A stretch of 64,000 nucleotides of DNA from Octopus vulgaris (lineage: Eukaryota). Below are positions 30,625 through 45,798 of the stretch, piece by piece (position 1 is the stretch's first letter; the number at the start of each line of letters is the position of its first letter). Both the position numbers and the translations under genes were made by a program. Below the pieces are notes generated by a model. It was not told the DNA's origin. It saw nothing but the letters and a program-made list of their open reading frames with translations, and did no database searches. Where the stretch lies: positions 48,918,001-48,982,000 of the forward strand of contig OX597826.1 of NCBI GenBank assembly GCA_951406725.2. Reading direction: 5' to 3'.

Positions 30625-31398
30625 ATTGGGCCATCTCGTAAATAATGCAGTTATTTTATACTTCTTTTATTTTTCAAAATTAAGATAAGCAAAGTTCTTT
30701 CTAAAATCTAAAATATTCTCTCCTTCATTTTCAACAATGCTCTTCCATCAGTCTGGTAGACTGGCAAGGTCTCTCTTCCAAACTTCACTTGTCTGTGATG
30801 AAAAATACTTTTCCAGTACTGTTCTGACTTTAACAGTAATTTTTTCAAAGCTATAATGGAAGTGACAAAAGAACTTATTCAGTATATTTTGCTTTATGAG
30901 TTCAAAAAAAGGCAGCAATGCAATGGAAAGTGCAAGGAATATTAATGCAGTATATGGGGATCGGACAATGAGTGTAAGCCAGTGTCATCGGTGGTTACTG
31001 AAATTGTGAGCTGGAAACTTCAACCAAGAATACAAGACTCAGTCTGAAAAATCTGTAGAGCTTGAGAAGAATGTCTTGCAAACCATGGCGGAACAAAATC
31101 CCATTATAACTGTTGAGGAACTAATAGAGAAGCTTGGATTTGGTTATTAAACTATTCATCAACACCTGCGCTATAAGAAAAATGGCCATCTTTGGTTTCA
31201 AGACGAAAGGTGTTCTTCCATCAGGATAATGCTTGGCCACATACAGCAAGGATGACATTCCAAAGACTGGAACAATTTGGATGGGAAATGATACCCCACC
31301 CACCATATGCACCGTACATTGCCCCATCTGATTATCATTTATTCCGCAGTCTTCAAAATCGTTTGGAATGAAAATATATGAATGCTGTAGACAAAGTC
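30625..31398 (+). pseudogene. decayed, rearranged mariner (DD34D) transposon
   Basis: ILLYEFKK..ARNINAVYG..QNPIITVEEL (HTH region) and FHQDNAWPHT..HPPYAPYIAPSDYHLFRSLQN; stops and frameshifts; C-terminus on the opposite strand at about 30700-30830. Confidence 0.9.
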
Positions 31399-31501
31399 TG
31401 ATAGTGATGGATCAGTGTGTGTGTGTTTGTGTGCCAAACAATTAACTGTGTATGTAGCAACAAAAGATGTAGCCCTAAATATCCTTGAATTAGTGGAATA
31501 A

Positions 31502-31720
31502 TACATTATACAAACAGGAAATACTCACACACAGTACTTACAGTTTCCTGGCAAGCCATGGGTGTGAAGTTATCCAATTTCACTAGCGGCTTTGCACAAC
31601 AGCTGATGAACGGTTGCACATGCATTGATTACCAATCTCGAATCAGATAATTTTTACACCTGTAGTTTGCCAAGAAATTCTGAACACAGTATGTGGGTGT
31701 TCTATGTTGGTATATAATAT
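31502..31720. mobile_element. degenerate palindromic MITE-like element
   Basis: ~70-bp imperfect inverted arms (..TTTCCTGGCAAGCCATGGGTGTGAAGTTATC / GATAATTTTTACACCTGTAGTTTGCCAAGAAA..). Confidence 0.55.
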
Positions 31721-31773
31721 AAATATATATATATATATATATATGTAATATATATATATATATATATATATAT

Positions 31774-32767
<994 letters not shown>

Positions 32768-33371
32768 TATAGTATATATTTATATATATATAGATATATA
32801 GATATAGATAAATTTATTTATAAAACAATTTAAGGGTTTTGGGAAATATTTATTATTATTATTATTATTATTGTTATTATTATTATTATTACTATTTAAA
32901 AAAAAAGCTTTTAAATTTAATTGAAATATCTATAGTAAACATCACGTTGATGGGTTTTTGGCGTTTGTGTAGAGATCTTTGATTCTTGGGTAGGGTGGGG
33001 TGGTGGTGGGTGTGTAGGTTGTTGTTGCTGTTGTTGAGGGTGGTGATGGGCTGAATGATGATGATGGCAGTGGAACAGAAAAGGGAGATTGCAGGCGATA
33101 GAGGTGGGGGGCAGGATGGTGTGACAGGGCGGTGGGGGCAGGGTGATGGGGCAGTGGCGGCAGTGATGGTTGCAGAAAAGTCACTGAGCTATGGTTTTAA
33201 CACATGCAGAAATATATACCGTCATACATATATGAATACACTAGTGCATATATATGTGTGTGCGTATGTGTGTGCGTGTATGTATATATATATATATATA
33301 CAGAGAGAGAGAGGAAGAGAAAGAGAGAGAGAGAAAAAGAGTTGATAGACATACATATATATGCCTCCATG

Positions 33372-33493
<122 letters not shown>

Positions 33494-33533
33494 GTGATAT
33501 GTATTGCTCATCAATTTGTATCCATACCCACAG

Positions 33534-33589
<56 letters not shown>

Positions 33590-34061
33590 TGTCATACATG
33601 CATACACTCTTATATCCACATTGATAATTCACACATATCTAGACAAACATATATAATATTACTTATGTTTATATTATATCCAGGAGGGAATGCAGCCAGG
33701 GGTGTATAGGTAAGAAGCTTGCTTTCCAACCATGTGGATCTGGGTTCAGTCCCGCTGTGTAGCACCGTACGCAAATGTTTTTTTATTATAGCCCTGGGCT
33801 GGCCAACATCTCACGAGTGGATTTGGTAGTCAGAGTCAAAGAACCCTGTCATGCATACATATATATGCATATGTAAATATATATCAAGGGAATGAGAGGT
33901 AATGGTGTCAAGTAGACTCAAAGGTGTCAGGTAATGCTGAGTAAGTGCTATGGACAGACCTTAGTTAAGCTCCAGGTTCAATGATGATATGAATGAGGAG
34001 TCAAATGTAGTTCGTATATTAGCATGCATAATAACTATTACTTAAACGTTTTCTCGCACCC

Positions 34062-34107
34062 TCTCTGATGAAGGGATCTATAAAATATCTCAGAAACAGC
34101 TGTAAGA
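34062..34107 (+). ncRNA. minimal type I hammerhead ribozyme in a cassette (about 33885-34172) splitting a SINE A copy
   Basis: stem I TCT/AGA; CTGATGA 34065-34071; stem II GGGAT/ATCTC; GAAA; palindromic CAGCTG; GUA site. Confidence 0.75.
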
Positions 34108-34956
34108 CCTTCTTTTTATAAATGTTCAGAAAACTTTCACAGCTTTGGATTTTTTATCTCATTCTGTTAATTTATATATATATCTGAATGTGTATGCCTT
34201 TGTCTTTGTGTTTGTCCACTCAACAACTGGTATTGGTTGGTCATTGTCCTCAGTATTCACTTCTTGTTCCCAACAGTTTCTCACTATTGATGCCACCAAA
34301 AATTATCATTAATGGTGTGAAATTGTAATGACTTTTTGATGATAATTTACAAGGAAAGATTGCATTTATGTCTTGCATGTGAATTTTCCATTCATTCCTT
34401 TGTTGGGTTTCTGTTTAATTGTTGAAATTTATATCTCATGATGATGATGATCATCATCATCATCATCCTCTAATGTCCATTCTCCATGCTGGCATGGGTT
34501 GAACAGTTTAAACAGTGCTGGCAAAGTAGGAAGCTGCACCAGGTTCCATTATGATTTGGGTTGGTTTCTACGACTGGATGCCCTTCTTGATGCCAGCCAC
34601 TTAACAGAGTGACTTGGGTGGTTTTAATATGCCACTGACATGAGCACTTCCACGCAGCACTGGCATGAATGCCTCTTATGTGGCACTGGAACAAGTGCTT
34701 TTTACATGGCACCATAACAAGACTCTTGCCGGCCAATCCTCTTCACCAAGGGATGCAGGCTTAGTACTTCAGCTGTGGTGGATGGATCTTCTTGATATAT
34801 GTATATATATATTCATGTGTGTGTGTGTGTGTGTGTGTGCATGGACAACAGACATTAAATGATGCTGATGGTGATGATATGTATAAGTATGTATGTATGA
34901 ATGTATGTACATATGTATATATATTTATATATGTATATATCAATGTATACACATTT

Positions 34957-34996
<40 letters not shown>

Positions 34997-35028
34997 GAAA
35001 AGGGGTCTGTATGATTGTGTCACAACCT

Positions 35029-35072
35029 GGGACCTTGAAGACTGCTTTAATGCAAGAGAGTATACTAGTTCC
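35029..35072 (+). ncRNA. degenerate hammerhead-like motif
   Basis: stem I GGGAC/GTTCC; CTTGAAGA; TGC/GCA stem II; GAGA instead of GAAA; palindromic GTATAC; TA site. Confidence 0.45.
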
Positions 35073-35246
35073 TTAATATTTGATATTCAATAAGACAATC
35101 AATACTTCATTTCATTATACTACTATATATACTTTTTATACTATATATTCTATATTCTACATTAATATTATAAAGAATATAAATAAAACATAAAAAACAG
35201 ACAGAGTTGGAATTTCTTTGAATAACATACATATATACATAAATAT

Positions 35247-35364
<118 letters not shown>

Positions 35365-35828
35365 CTACATACATGTGTATACATTTACATACACACACAC
35401 ATTAATGTATATACAAGCATACTTAGAAACAAGACAACAATAACTTTATTGTAGTTTTATAACCCAGAGCCATGTTAAGAACAAGACAGAATAGTCCTCA
35501 TTGAATTCAGAAAAATTTCAGGTTTTCTTCTAGTCCTTCTGTTTTTCCAAATGCCATAACAGTTTGCCAACAAAATAAAGAAAACCAAATGAGATGTCTA
35601 AAAGCTAATACTTGTAAAGCTTCTCAATGAGCAATATATCTTTTTATCGGTATCTTCATGGATCAAACAACTTGATTATGCGGCAATCGAAAAGCAAACT
35701 TCGATTGTCACTTGTAAATAGTTTTCATTTTTGGAAATATCTTTTATGATAAACACAACACACACACATAAGTATGCATGCATGTAGGTATTATGTGTGT
35801 ATATCTATGTATGTATCTATATATATAA

Positions 35829-35915
<87 letters not shown>

Positions 35916-36103
35916 TATATATATACACACACACATATATATAGATATAAATATAGATATATATATGCAAGAATGCATATATGTAAGCATGTATGTATAT
36001 ATATATATATATATATATGTATGCACATATGTACACATGTATGTATGAAGGTATATACATGCATTTATGTATCTATCTGTCTATTTAACTAACTCTCTCT
36101 CTT

Positions 36104-36146
<43 letters not shown>

Positions 36147-36187
36147 AAGTACACATACACATTCATATGCATATATATATACAAATG

Positions 36188-36298
<111 letters not shown>

Positions 36299-36555
36299 AA
36301 GGCTTGTGCTATGATGCAAATACATATTGTAGGGGAATATTCTTGACTAGAATAAACAGAAAAAATGGTAAATATTGGCTTTCTAAGTCAAGGAAGAAAC
36401 AACAGGGAGTTTTTTTGTTTTGCTTTGTTTAGTTTGGTTTTGTTTCTCTGCTTTTTTTTTTTGTTTCTTTTGTCACAGAAGATGATGGCTGCATTTCCTA
36501 ACTCTCCTTACACATACACACACATAGAAATACATACACACACATACAAACACAT

Positions 36556-36589
<34 letters not shown>

Positions 36590-37026
36590 GTATCCTTCAG
36601 AGAATGCCACTAGCAAGTGGCGACAATGTATATACAATGACAATTCTTGCTTCATTCCGATGTATTCTTGTGTGTCTTCGGTATATCTGTCAAGAGAAGG
36701 CAAAATCATAATACTTGGTGAAAAATCTAAACAATCATTGAAAACGCGAAGAACGGCAACAATAAGAAGAACAAGATGAAGATTAAGCAAAAGACAAAGA
36801 AGAAGAAGAAGAAATCGAGGAAAACATAAGAATTTTCTTTGGTGAAAACTTCTACGAAGAGTGTTATGTTTGTATATTAAGTTCTATTATGTTATGTCAA
36901 TGTGTGGTGGGGAGGGGCATGAGTGGGTTGGTGGGATTATTTACTCTGCAAAACTTTCTGGTTCTGCATTTAGCTCTCTCACTCTTGTACTTTTCTGTAT
37001 ATATACATCCATATATAAATATATAA

Positions 37027-37058
<32 letters not shown>

Positions 37059-37126
37059 GATTATTATTTTTATTATTATCATTATTATTATTATGATTAT
37101 GATTATTATGATCATTATTATTATTA

Positions 37127-37189
<63 letters not shown>

Positions 37190-37190
<1 letters not shown>

Positions 37191-37455
37191 AGCAGTGAGC
37201 TGGCAGAATTGTTAGCACTCCAGGCAAAATGCTTAGCGGCATTTCGCCCGTTGCTATATTCTGAGTTCAAATTCTGCCGAGGTGGACTTCGCTTTTCATC
37301 CTTTCAGAGTTGATAAATTAAGTACCAGTGAAACACTGGGGTTGATGTAATCGACTTTCCCCGTCCCCCAAATTTCTGGCCTTCTGCCTATAGTAGATAG
37401 TTAAATAGACAGGTAGACAGATACATACATGCATATATTCTGCCAGCTTACCGTT

Positions 37456-37503
<48 letters not shown>

Positions 37504-37725
37504 TACATATTTGTATATATATACATATATAATGCTTAGTGATATTTTGTTTTCCATTATGTTCTGAGTTCAAATTCCGCCAAGGTTGACTTTGCCTTTC
37601 ATCCTTTCGGGGTCAATAAATTAAATACCAGTGTCGCACTGGGGTCGATCAAATCAACTTAATTCCTTTGTCTGTCCTTGTTTGTCCCCTCTATCTTTAG
37701 CCCCTTGTGAGCAATAAAGAAATAA
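37190..37725 (+). mobile_element. two SINE family B copies (37190-37397, 37532-37725)
   Basis: family B head and central domain; two different 3' tails. Confidence 0.8.
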
Positions 37726-37727
37726 GA

Positions 37728-37783
<56 letters not shown>

Positions 37784-37818
37784 ATCATTAGCACACTGGA
37801 CAAAATACTTAGCAGGTT

Positions 37819-38040
37819 TAAACCATTTTGTTACTATATTTCTGATGAAATACCCAACCTTTGATTCAATTAATTTCGAAAATAATGAAGAATTTAGCAA
37901 AATAACTTTCTCATTATTTAGCTAATGTTTGATACTTTGGCAATTTTGATGGAATGTTTTAATTTCAACCACTTTAAAACAGAATGTTTATATCACAGAA
38001 TCAGTTGTGGTCTCAGACAGTTTGGTATCAAAAGGGTTAA
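37819..38040. mobile_element. piggyBac-type MITE
   Basis: TTAACCATTTTGTTAC ... GTATCAAAAGGGTTAA. Confidence 0.65.
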
Positions 38041-38149
38041 TTCTAAATTCATAATTTTGTTATGTATATATGCATGGTATATTCAAAATCCTTGCATCTG
38101 CAGGTAGAATGGAGACCCCAGGTGATAAATAACTTCTTAATAGGGATTT

Positions 38150-38505
38150 TGGCCTGAGCCTTTCATGTCCATGGAGCATCGGCCACCAATGGCTTTTCTC
38201 TACTGTTCTTAACACTGAGCAAGGAATTCCCGCAGTGTTGAGTGGAGACACCCTCATATGAAGGCCTTCCTTTCTTGGGTTTTGTTGGTTTTGAATTGTT
38301 ACTGATTCTTCTGTTTTTATTTTTTGATATTTTTTTTAGTATAGGGTTTTGGCCCTATACAGACCCATTTTTACCTCTGGAAGAGGTGGACCATATTATT
38401 CTTACCCCTACCCTTTGACCTATTCAGCATGGCGGTCCCATCTGCATAGCTCTCAGAGTCAATGAGGCACACAATGGCATCACACTGCAACAAGGACTGG
38501 ACTCT
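38150..38505 (-). mobile_element. short RTE/BovB-derived non-autonomous element
   Basis: minus strand begins CCTTGTTGCAGTG...GTGCCTCATTGACTCTGAGAGCTATGC, resembling RTE/BovB 5' ends (recalled, not searched). Confidence 0.5.
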
Positions 38506-38714
38506 GTCATAGAAATAAGATCATGGTTAAAAGGAAATTTCTTGAATCTTCTTTGTGGAACCTGACAGATTTAGCACTACCAAACCTTGCTTTCTCTTGA
38601 ACTCTCAACTCCTTGATACATTTGATAATGTGTCATCATGATACACAGTTTGTTTTGAGCATTTTTTGACCTGGTAAAGCCCATTCCTCTCTAGATCTGA
38701 TGATTACAAATTTC

Positions 38715-39465
38715 CAGGACATATTCTTTGTAAGCCTAGTACTTATTCTATCGGGCTCTTTTGCTGAACCACTAAGTTACGGAGACGTAAACACACCAGC
38801 ATCAGTGTCAAGCGATGTTGGGGGGACAAACACAGACACATAAACATATACACACACATACATATATATATACATATATACGACGGGCTTCTTTCAGTTT
38901 CCGTCTACCAAATCCCCTCACAAGGCTTTGGTCAGCCCGAGGCTATAGCAGAAGACCCTTTCCCAAAGTGTCGCACAGTGGGAATGAACCCGGAACCATG
39001 TGGTTGGTAAGCAAGCTACTTACCACACAGCCACTCCTACACCTATATTGACAAAATTATAAAGCTGTATAAAAAAAAGTGTTTTCTGGTAATAAATTAA
39101 AGAAAAAAGTTTGGGCACTAATGGGTTTGATGATATTCTACAGCAAGAAAGAAATAGGAAAGGTTTGGCAAGGATTTTTTTACTCTTCTATTCTTTCATC
39201 TGTTTACTTGTTTCGGTCATTTAGACTGTGGCCATGCTGCCTTGAAGAATTTTAGTCAAGAGAATTGACCCCAGTACTTAGTCTTAAGTCTGGTGCTTAT
39301 TCGATCATTCTCTTTTTGCCAGACTGCTAAGTCAGAGGGATGTAAACACACCAACACCTATTGTCAATTGGTGCTGGAGGACATACACAGACACAAAGAC
39401 AAACACACACTCACACACACACACACACACATACACACGCACACACACACACACACATAAACACA

Positions 39466-39497
<32 letters not shown>

Positions 39498-39590
39498 TAT
39501 ATTTTGACAGGCTTCTTTCAGTTTCTGTTTACCAAATCCACTCTCAAGACTTTGGTTGGCCTGAAACAATTGTAGAAGACACTTACCCAA
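38715..39590 (-). mobile_element. two SINE family A copies (38715-39045, 39180-39590)
   Basis: reverse-complement homology to family A. Confidence 0.8.
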
Positions 39591-39774
39591 GTCTCTCTCA
39601 AATCACACCACAACCCTCTAGATCAAGGGTTCACTACCATTATTTTATCTGTGAACCTCTTTGGTTACTATTTTATTCTGGTGGACACCCATAGCCATTT
39701 GGTGTTTAAAATCTAGTTTTATAGAAGCTTCTTTCAAAATTCTTATTCTGTTTTTCACACATTAACTTGTATTT

Positions 39775-40196
39775 AGACCCAGGAAGACATGGGACAAAGT
39801 GTCGAGAAAGGATCTTTGGATGCTGGGCCTCACTGGGAAAATGACAAGGGACTGGGAGATGTGGAGATTTGCTGTACTTTATAAGACATGTCAAACTAAG
39901 TAAAATTGTTGTCTTCCATACATACAGGCTTGTTCTTTCTGGCACCAGTGCCACCTGAAGAGCATCTATGCCAGTGCTATGCAGATGCACCTATGCTAGT
40001 GCTGTGTAAATTCACCCGTGCTGTTGGCACATAAAAAACATTTAGCACACTCTGCTAAGTCGTTAGCATTCGGAAGGGCATCCAGCCATGGAAACCATGC
40101 CACAACACAGAGTTGGAATCTGGACAGCTCCCTGCTAGTCAGCTCCATGTCAAACCATCCAATCCATTAAACGATGATGATGATGATGATGATGAT
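39775..40196 (+). mobile_element. RTE LINE 3' end inserted in a hAT MITE
   Basis: RPRKTWDKVSRKDLWMLGLT...AVLYKTCQTK*, then 3' UTR and (GAT)n tail. Confidence 0.8.
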
Positions 40197-40336
40197 AATT
40201 TGTATAGATTGAACTATGTAAAACATTAGAGAAAGAAACCAAGCTGTTTCTTGCAGTACATACCAATACATACATCTAAAGCAAAATGGCTTCAGGGGCC
40301 CTTAAAATACTATTGAGGAGCCCCAATTTACTATTC

Positions 40337-40569
40337 CTATTTCTTTATTGCCCACAAGAGGCTAAACATAGAGGGGACAAACAAGGTCAGACAAAGCGAT
40401 TAAGTCAATTACATCAACCCCAGTGCGTAACTGGTACTTAATTTATCGACCCCAAAAGGATGAAAGGCAAAGTCAACCTCAGCGGAATTTGAACTCAGAA
40501 CGTAAAGACAGACTAAATGCCGCTAAGCATTTCGCTGGTGTGCTAATGATTCTGCCAACTTGCTGCCTT
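40337..40569 (-). mobile_element. SINE family B inserted in the same hAT MITE
   Basis: TSD TTACTATTC. Confidence 0.85.
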
Positions 40570-40789
40570 ACTATTCTGTCGTGTTTACTATTGCTATTTA
40601 CTATTCTGTCGTGTGGACCTGAAAAGTCTTATATGGTCCCTCAGAGGACACCGGTTGAAAATCACTGCCTTAGATAATGAAGTCATGGCTGTTAATGTAC
40701 CTGAAGAGATAGCATGGTCATAGTTGTTTGACCTTCGGTCAATGAGAAAGAGCTGACCTGAAGATAAACACTATAACCATTTGACTCCA

Positions 40790-42888
40790 CTGTCAAAACC
40801 ACTACCAAGACCACAATCATCACCAGTACCACCATCCACCCCACCACCACTACTAGTACCTCCACTGCTACCATTACCAACATCACCAACATTACAATCA
40901 CTACCAACACTACCATCACAACTACTGTCAGCATGACCACCACCACAGTCACAACCACTACCACTAACACCAACAGCACCACTGCCATTACTACAGCTAC
41001 CACCACCAACACAACTACACAGCATAACTATCATCACAATCACCACAACCACTACCATCACCACAGCCACCATCATCATCATCCTTATAACCACCACCAC
41101 AACCACAACTACCAATACAACCATAATCACCACAACCACTACCACCAGAACTACCACAGCCACCACAACCACCAAAATACAACCACCAACACCACAACCA
41201 CCAAAATACAATCACCAACACCACAACCACCAAAATACAAGCACTACCACCACAACCACCACCACCACAACAACCACCACTACAACCACCACCATCACCA
41301 CAACAACTACCACCACCACCACTACAACTACCAATACAACAACCACCACAACTACCACCACTACAACCACCACCACCACCACTACAACCACCGCCACCAT
41401 CACCACCACTACCAAACTATGTTATTGACATCTCTATTAATATCTCATCTGCCTTAATTTCTCCACATAGAATTGAGAAAGAATAAAAAAAATGGGGGAT
41501 TTTTCCCCCTTTCCTCTTCTTCTTCTTCTTCATCTTCTTCTTCTTCTCCTTGTTGTTGTGGCAGTGGGAGGTGAAGAATTTTGGCATTGCTGCTAGGTGA
41601 GTAATCAAAGAATGTCTTCACAATGATGGCGGTAGTTGCAATGGTCGTGATGCTGGTAATGCTGCTACCGGTGATGGTGGTGGTAGTGGTGTTGGTTGCA
41701 GTGAGGGTTGTGGTTGTGGTGGTAGTTGTCATTGTAATATTGGTGGTGGTGGTGGTGGTGGTAATTGTGATTGTGGTGGTAGAAGTGGTTGTTGCTGCGT
41801 TTGGGGGTTGAGGTGTTATGGTGAAAGTGATAATGCTAGCACTGGTTGTAGTAGTGGAGGTGGTAGTAGGGGTGATAGAGATGTTGGTGGCAGTGGTGGA
41901 GTTGGCAGAGGCAGTGATGATGATGGTGGTGGTGGTGGTGGTGGTGGTGGTGGTAGTGGTGGTGGTGGTGGTGGTGGTGGTGGTGGTGGTGGTAGTGGTA
42001 GGGACGGTGGTGGTGGTGGTGGTGGTGGTGGTGGTGGTGGTGGTGTTAGTGTTTTTGGCGGTGGTGGTGGTGGTGGTGGTAGTGGTAGTGATGATAGTGG
42101 TGGTGGTGGTGGTGATGGTGGTGATGGTGGTGGTGGTGGTGGTGGTGGTGGTGGTGGTTGTGGTTGAGGTGGTGGTTGTGACGATCCTAATTATTGCAGA
42201 GGTATAAGTGCTGGCTTGTTGTGGTGTCGACACTGGTTGTGTAATGGTTGTGGTGCTGGTACTGTTGGTGGTTGCCTGTTTGTTGTAGTTGTTGCTTAGC
42301 ATCCCCAGGGCAACATGTGTGTGTGATAGATATATATGTCACACACACACATGCATTTATATATCCATATGTCCCTTTTAGTGGTGGGGGCCACATTCTA
42401 TCCCAACACTCCACTCTTCCAGAGAATGACAATGCTAATCCAAGAGATGATTTATGGAAGCACCATTGACACTGAACTGGTTGTGGTGGTGGGGTTGGCA
42501 GCGACAATGGTGATGGTGGTGGTGGTGGTGGTGGAGTGGGCAGAAGCAGTGATGATGATGATGGTGGTGGTGGTGGTGGAGTGGGCAGAAGCAGTGATGA
42601 TGTGGTGGTGGTGGTGGTGGTGGTGGTGGTGGTTGTGTTGTTGTTGTTGGTGGTGGTGGTGGTGATAGTGATTATTGTTGTTATGATAGTTGTGATGGTT
42701 GTGGTAGTGATAGTAGTGGTAGGTGGTGGTGGTGGTGGTGTTGTTGGTGGTGGTGGTGGTGGTGGTAGTGTGTTGTTGTTGTTGGTGGTGGTGATAGTGA
42801 TTATTGTTGTTGTTATGATAGTTGTGGTAGTGATAGTAATGGTAGGTGGTGGTGGTGGTGGTGGTGGTGGTGGTGGTGGTAGTGGTAC

Positions 42889-42919
<31 letters not shown>

Positions 42920-42990
42920 GGTGGTGCTGGTGGGTGGTGGTGGTGGTGGTGGTGGTGCTGGTGCTGGTGGTGGTGGTGGTGGTGCTGGTG
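40790..42990. repeat. (ACC)n-rich block followed by (GGT)n-rich blocks
   Basis: direct reading. Confidence 0.9.
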
Positions 42991-43879
42991 CTGGTGGTGC
43001 TGTTGCATACTTCTGCCACCCTTGCTGCCCCTACCACCCCTGCTGCCACTGCCCCTGCTGCTGCTGGTGTGAGAATCTAAGAGATATTGATAGTCTCACC
43101 AGTTGACTGTATGACTGCCTGACTGAGTCTGACTGTCCAACATCACTGCTATGATGATGGGATGGTAGGCTGGCTGGTTGGTTGGTTGGTTGGTTGGTTG
43201 GCTGGTTGGCTGGCTGGTTGGCTGGTTTGTTGGCTGGTTGGTTGGCTGGTTGGTTGGTTGGCTGGCTGGTTGGATGGTTGGCTGGTTGGATGGTTTTAGG
43301 TTAGGTGGTTGGTTGCTTGCTTGGTCAGGTAACTGTGGTGGTGCTCAGGCAACACTTTGTGTTCTTGAGCAAGACACTTCATTTCACATTGCTCCAGTCC
43401 ACTCAGCTGACAAAAAAAATGAGCAATCCTGCAATGGACTGGCATCCTATCCAGGTGGGGAATATATACGCAATAAAACTGGGAAACCGAGTCATTATGA
43501 TTTGAGAAGGTAATTTTACTTTTACCTATTTGGTCAGTTAACTGGGGTGGCAGATACAGGTGGTCAGTGTTTATTGGTCAGTGATCATGGTGAGTAAGGG
43601 TCAATTGGCTGGTTTAGAGATCGATATATACAGTTCAAAAGAATATTTAGGTTTGGTAAACAGTTTGTACTTTTGTCTTGGGTTCTCAATACCTGGAGCT
43701 CTATCGTAACAAAATAAGGCACCAATCTTCTCCATCTCTTTTATGTGCCAGAGCTCAAGTCACCACAAGCAATTTGCTCATCCATGCTGCTTGTCCATTT
43801 TTACCTCCACCCACCTTTCTTTCTTTCTCCTTCCACACTTCCTTTCACTATTTGAGCTTATTATTTGGGCCCCACCTTC

Positions 43880-44599
43880 AGGCAGTGAGCTGGGACAGAG
43901 TCTGTCTTTATGTTCTGAGTTCAAATTCTACCAAGCTTGACTTTGCCTTTCATCCTTTCAGGGTTAACAAAATAAGCACCAGTTGAGCACTGAAATCAAT
44001 GTAATCAACTTGCCTCTCCCACCGCCTCCTCCAAGATTGCTGGCCTTGTGCCAAAATTTGAAGCCCTTATTTGGCCCTACTGGCTCTAATTTCATTTCTT
44101 AGTGGATATCAACATGTTGTTTGATAATCTTGTGAACCAACTCATTCCTGTTGGAGTCCAGGTACAAAATCTTTTGTACTCAAGGCACAAGGCCCAAACT
44201 TTTGGAGGAGGGTCAAGTCAATTAGATCGATCCCAGTATCCAACTGGTACTTAATTTATTGACCCTAAAATAATGAAAGGCAAAGTCGACTTCTATGGAA
44301 TTTGAATTCAGAACATCAATACAGACGAAATGCCACTAATCATTTCACCCAGCGTACTAACGTTTCTTATTTCTTTATTGCCTAAAAGGGGCTGAACATA
44401 GAGGGGACAAATAAGGACAGACAAAGGGATTAAGTCGATTACATCGACCCCAGTGCATAACTAGTACTTAATTTATCGACCCCGAAGGGATAAAAGGCAA
44501 AATCGACCTCAGGGGAATTTGAACTCAGACGATATGGTAGACGAAACACCGCTAAGCATTTCGCCCAGCATGCTAACATTTCTGCCAGCTCACTGCCTT
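43880..44599. mobile_element. cluster of three SINE family B copies (+, -, -)
   Basis: 43880-44065 (+), 44170-44365 (-), 44365-44599 (-). Confidence 0.8.
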
Positions 44600-44644
44600 A
44601 GTCCAAGTAAAAAATGCCAAAGTTTGGACATCATATTCTATTTT

Positions 44645-44844
44645 TTACTTTTTTCAGTAATTAGACTACAAACAAATTGGGATGCCGCCTTTTGAAGAAT
44701 TTTAGTCTGATGAGTTTTTTTACCAAGCTTGGTACTTATTCCTTTGATTTCTTTTGCCAGACCACTAAGTTATGGGGACATAAACACACCATCACCAGTT
44801 AGCAGTGGTGAGGAACAAACACAGATCCAGACACACACACACTC

Positions 44845-44875
<31 letters not shown>

Positions 44876-45015
44876 TATATGATCAGCTTCTTTTAGTTTT
44901 CATCTACCAGATCCACTTCCATGACTTTGATCAGCCCAAGGCTATAATAGAAAGCACTTGATCAAGGTGCCAAAGAGTGGAACTAAAACTACATGGTTGA
45001 ATATATATATGTATG

Positions 45016-45049
<34 letters not shown>

Positions 45050-45124
45050 TGTATGTATGTATGTATGTATGTATGTATGTATGCATGCATGCATGTATGT
45101 GTGTATACGTGTGTATGTGTGTGA

Positions 45125-45156
<32 letters not shown>

Positions 45157-45323
45157 GTATAGGCACAGGTGTGGCTGTGTGTTAAGAAGCTTGTTTTCCA
45201 ATGTCATGGTTCTGGGTTCAGTCCCACTACATGGCACCTTGGGCGAGTGTCTTCTACTACAGTCTCGTGCTGACCAAAGCCTTGTGAGGGGATTTGGTAG
45301 ATGGAAACTGAAAGAAGCCTTTT

Positions 45324-45375
<52 letters not shown>

Positions 45376-45643
45376 GTATGTATGTATGCATGTATATATG
45401 TGTGTGAGTGTATATATTTATGCATGTGTGTGTCTCTTTGTATCTGTGTTTGTTCCCTCATCATTAGTTGACAACCGATGTTGGTGTGTTTACGTGCCCG
45501 TAACTTAGTGGTTTAGTAAAAGAGCATGATAGAATAAGTACTAGGCTTACAAAGAATAAGTCTTGGGATCAATTTCTTTGACTAAAACCATTTAAGGCGA
45601 GGCCCCAGCATGGCTGCAGTCAAATGACTGAAACATGTAAAAG
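44645..45643. mobile_element. divergent pair of SINE family A copies
   Basis: 44645-45000 (-) and 45160-45643 (+). Confidence 0.8.
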
Positions 45644-45798
45644 AATATATATATATATATATAAATTAAATAACATATATATATATATATATATAAATTA
45701 AATAATAGGGTCGAAATTGATATCAATCAATTAACATCAATTTAAACCAGTGGTCTAGCATATTAAAAAAAAATCCGAAGATTTAAAAATTATATTAG

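Noticed and set aside
31603-31625. CTGATGAAC as a hammerhead core
   Set aside because: No stem II-GAAA-UH arrangement downstream
36610-36890. Non-repetitive stretch as a possible exon or promoter
   Set aside because: No recognisable ORF or splice pair, so it cannot be supported
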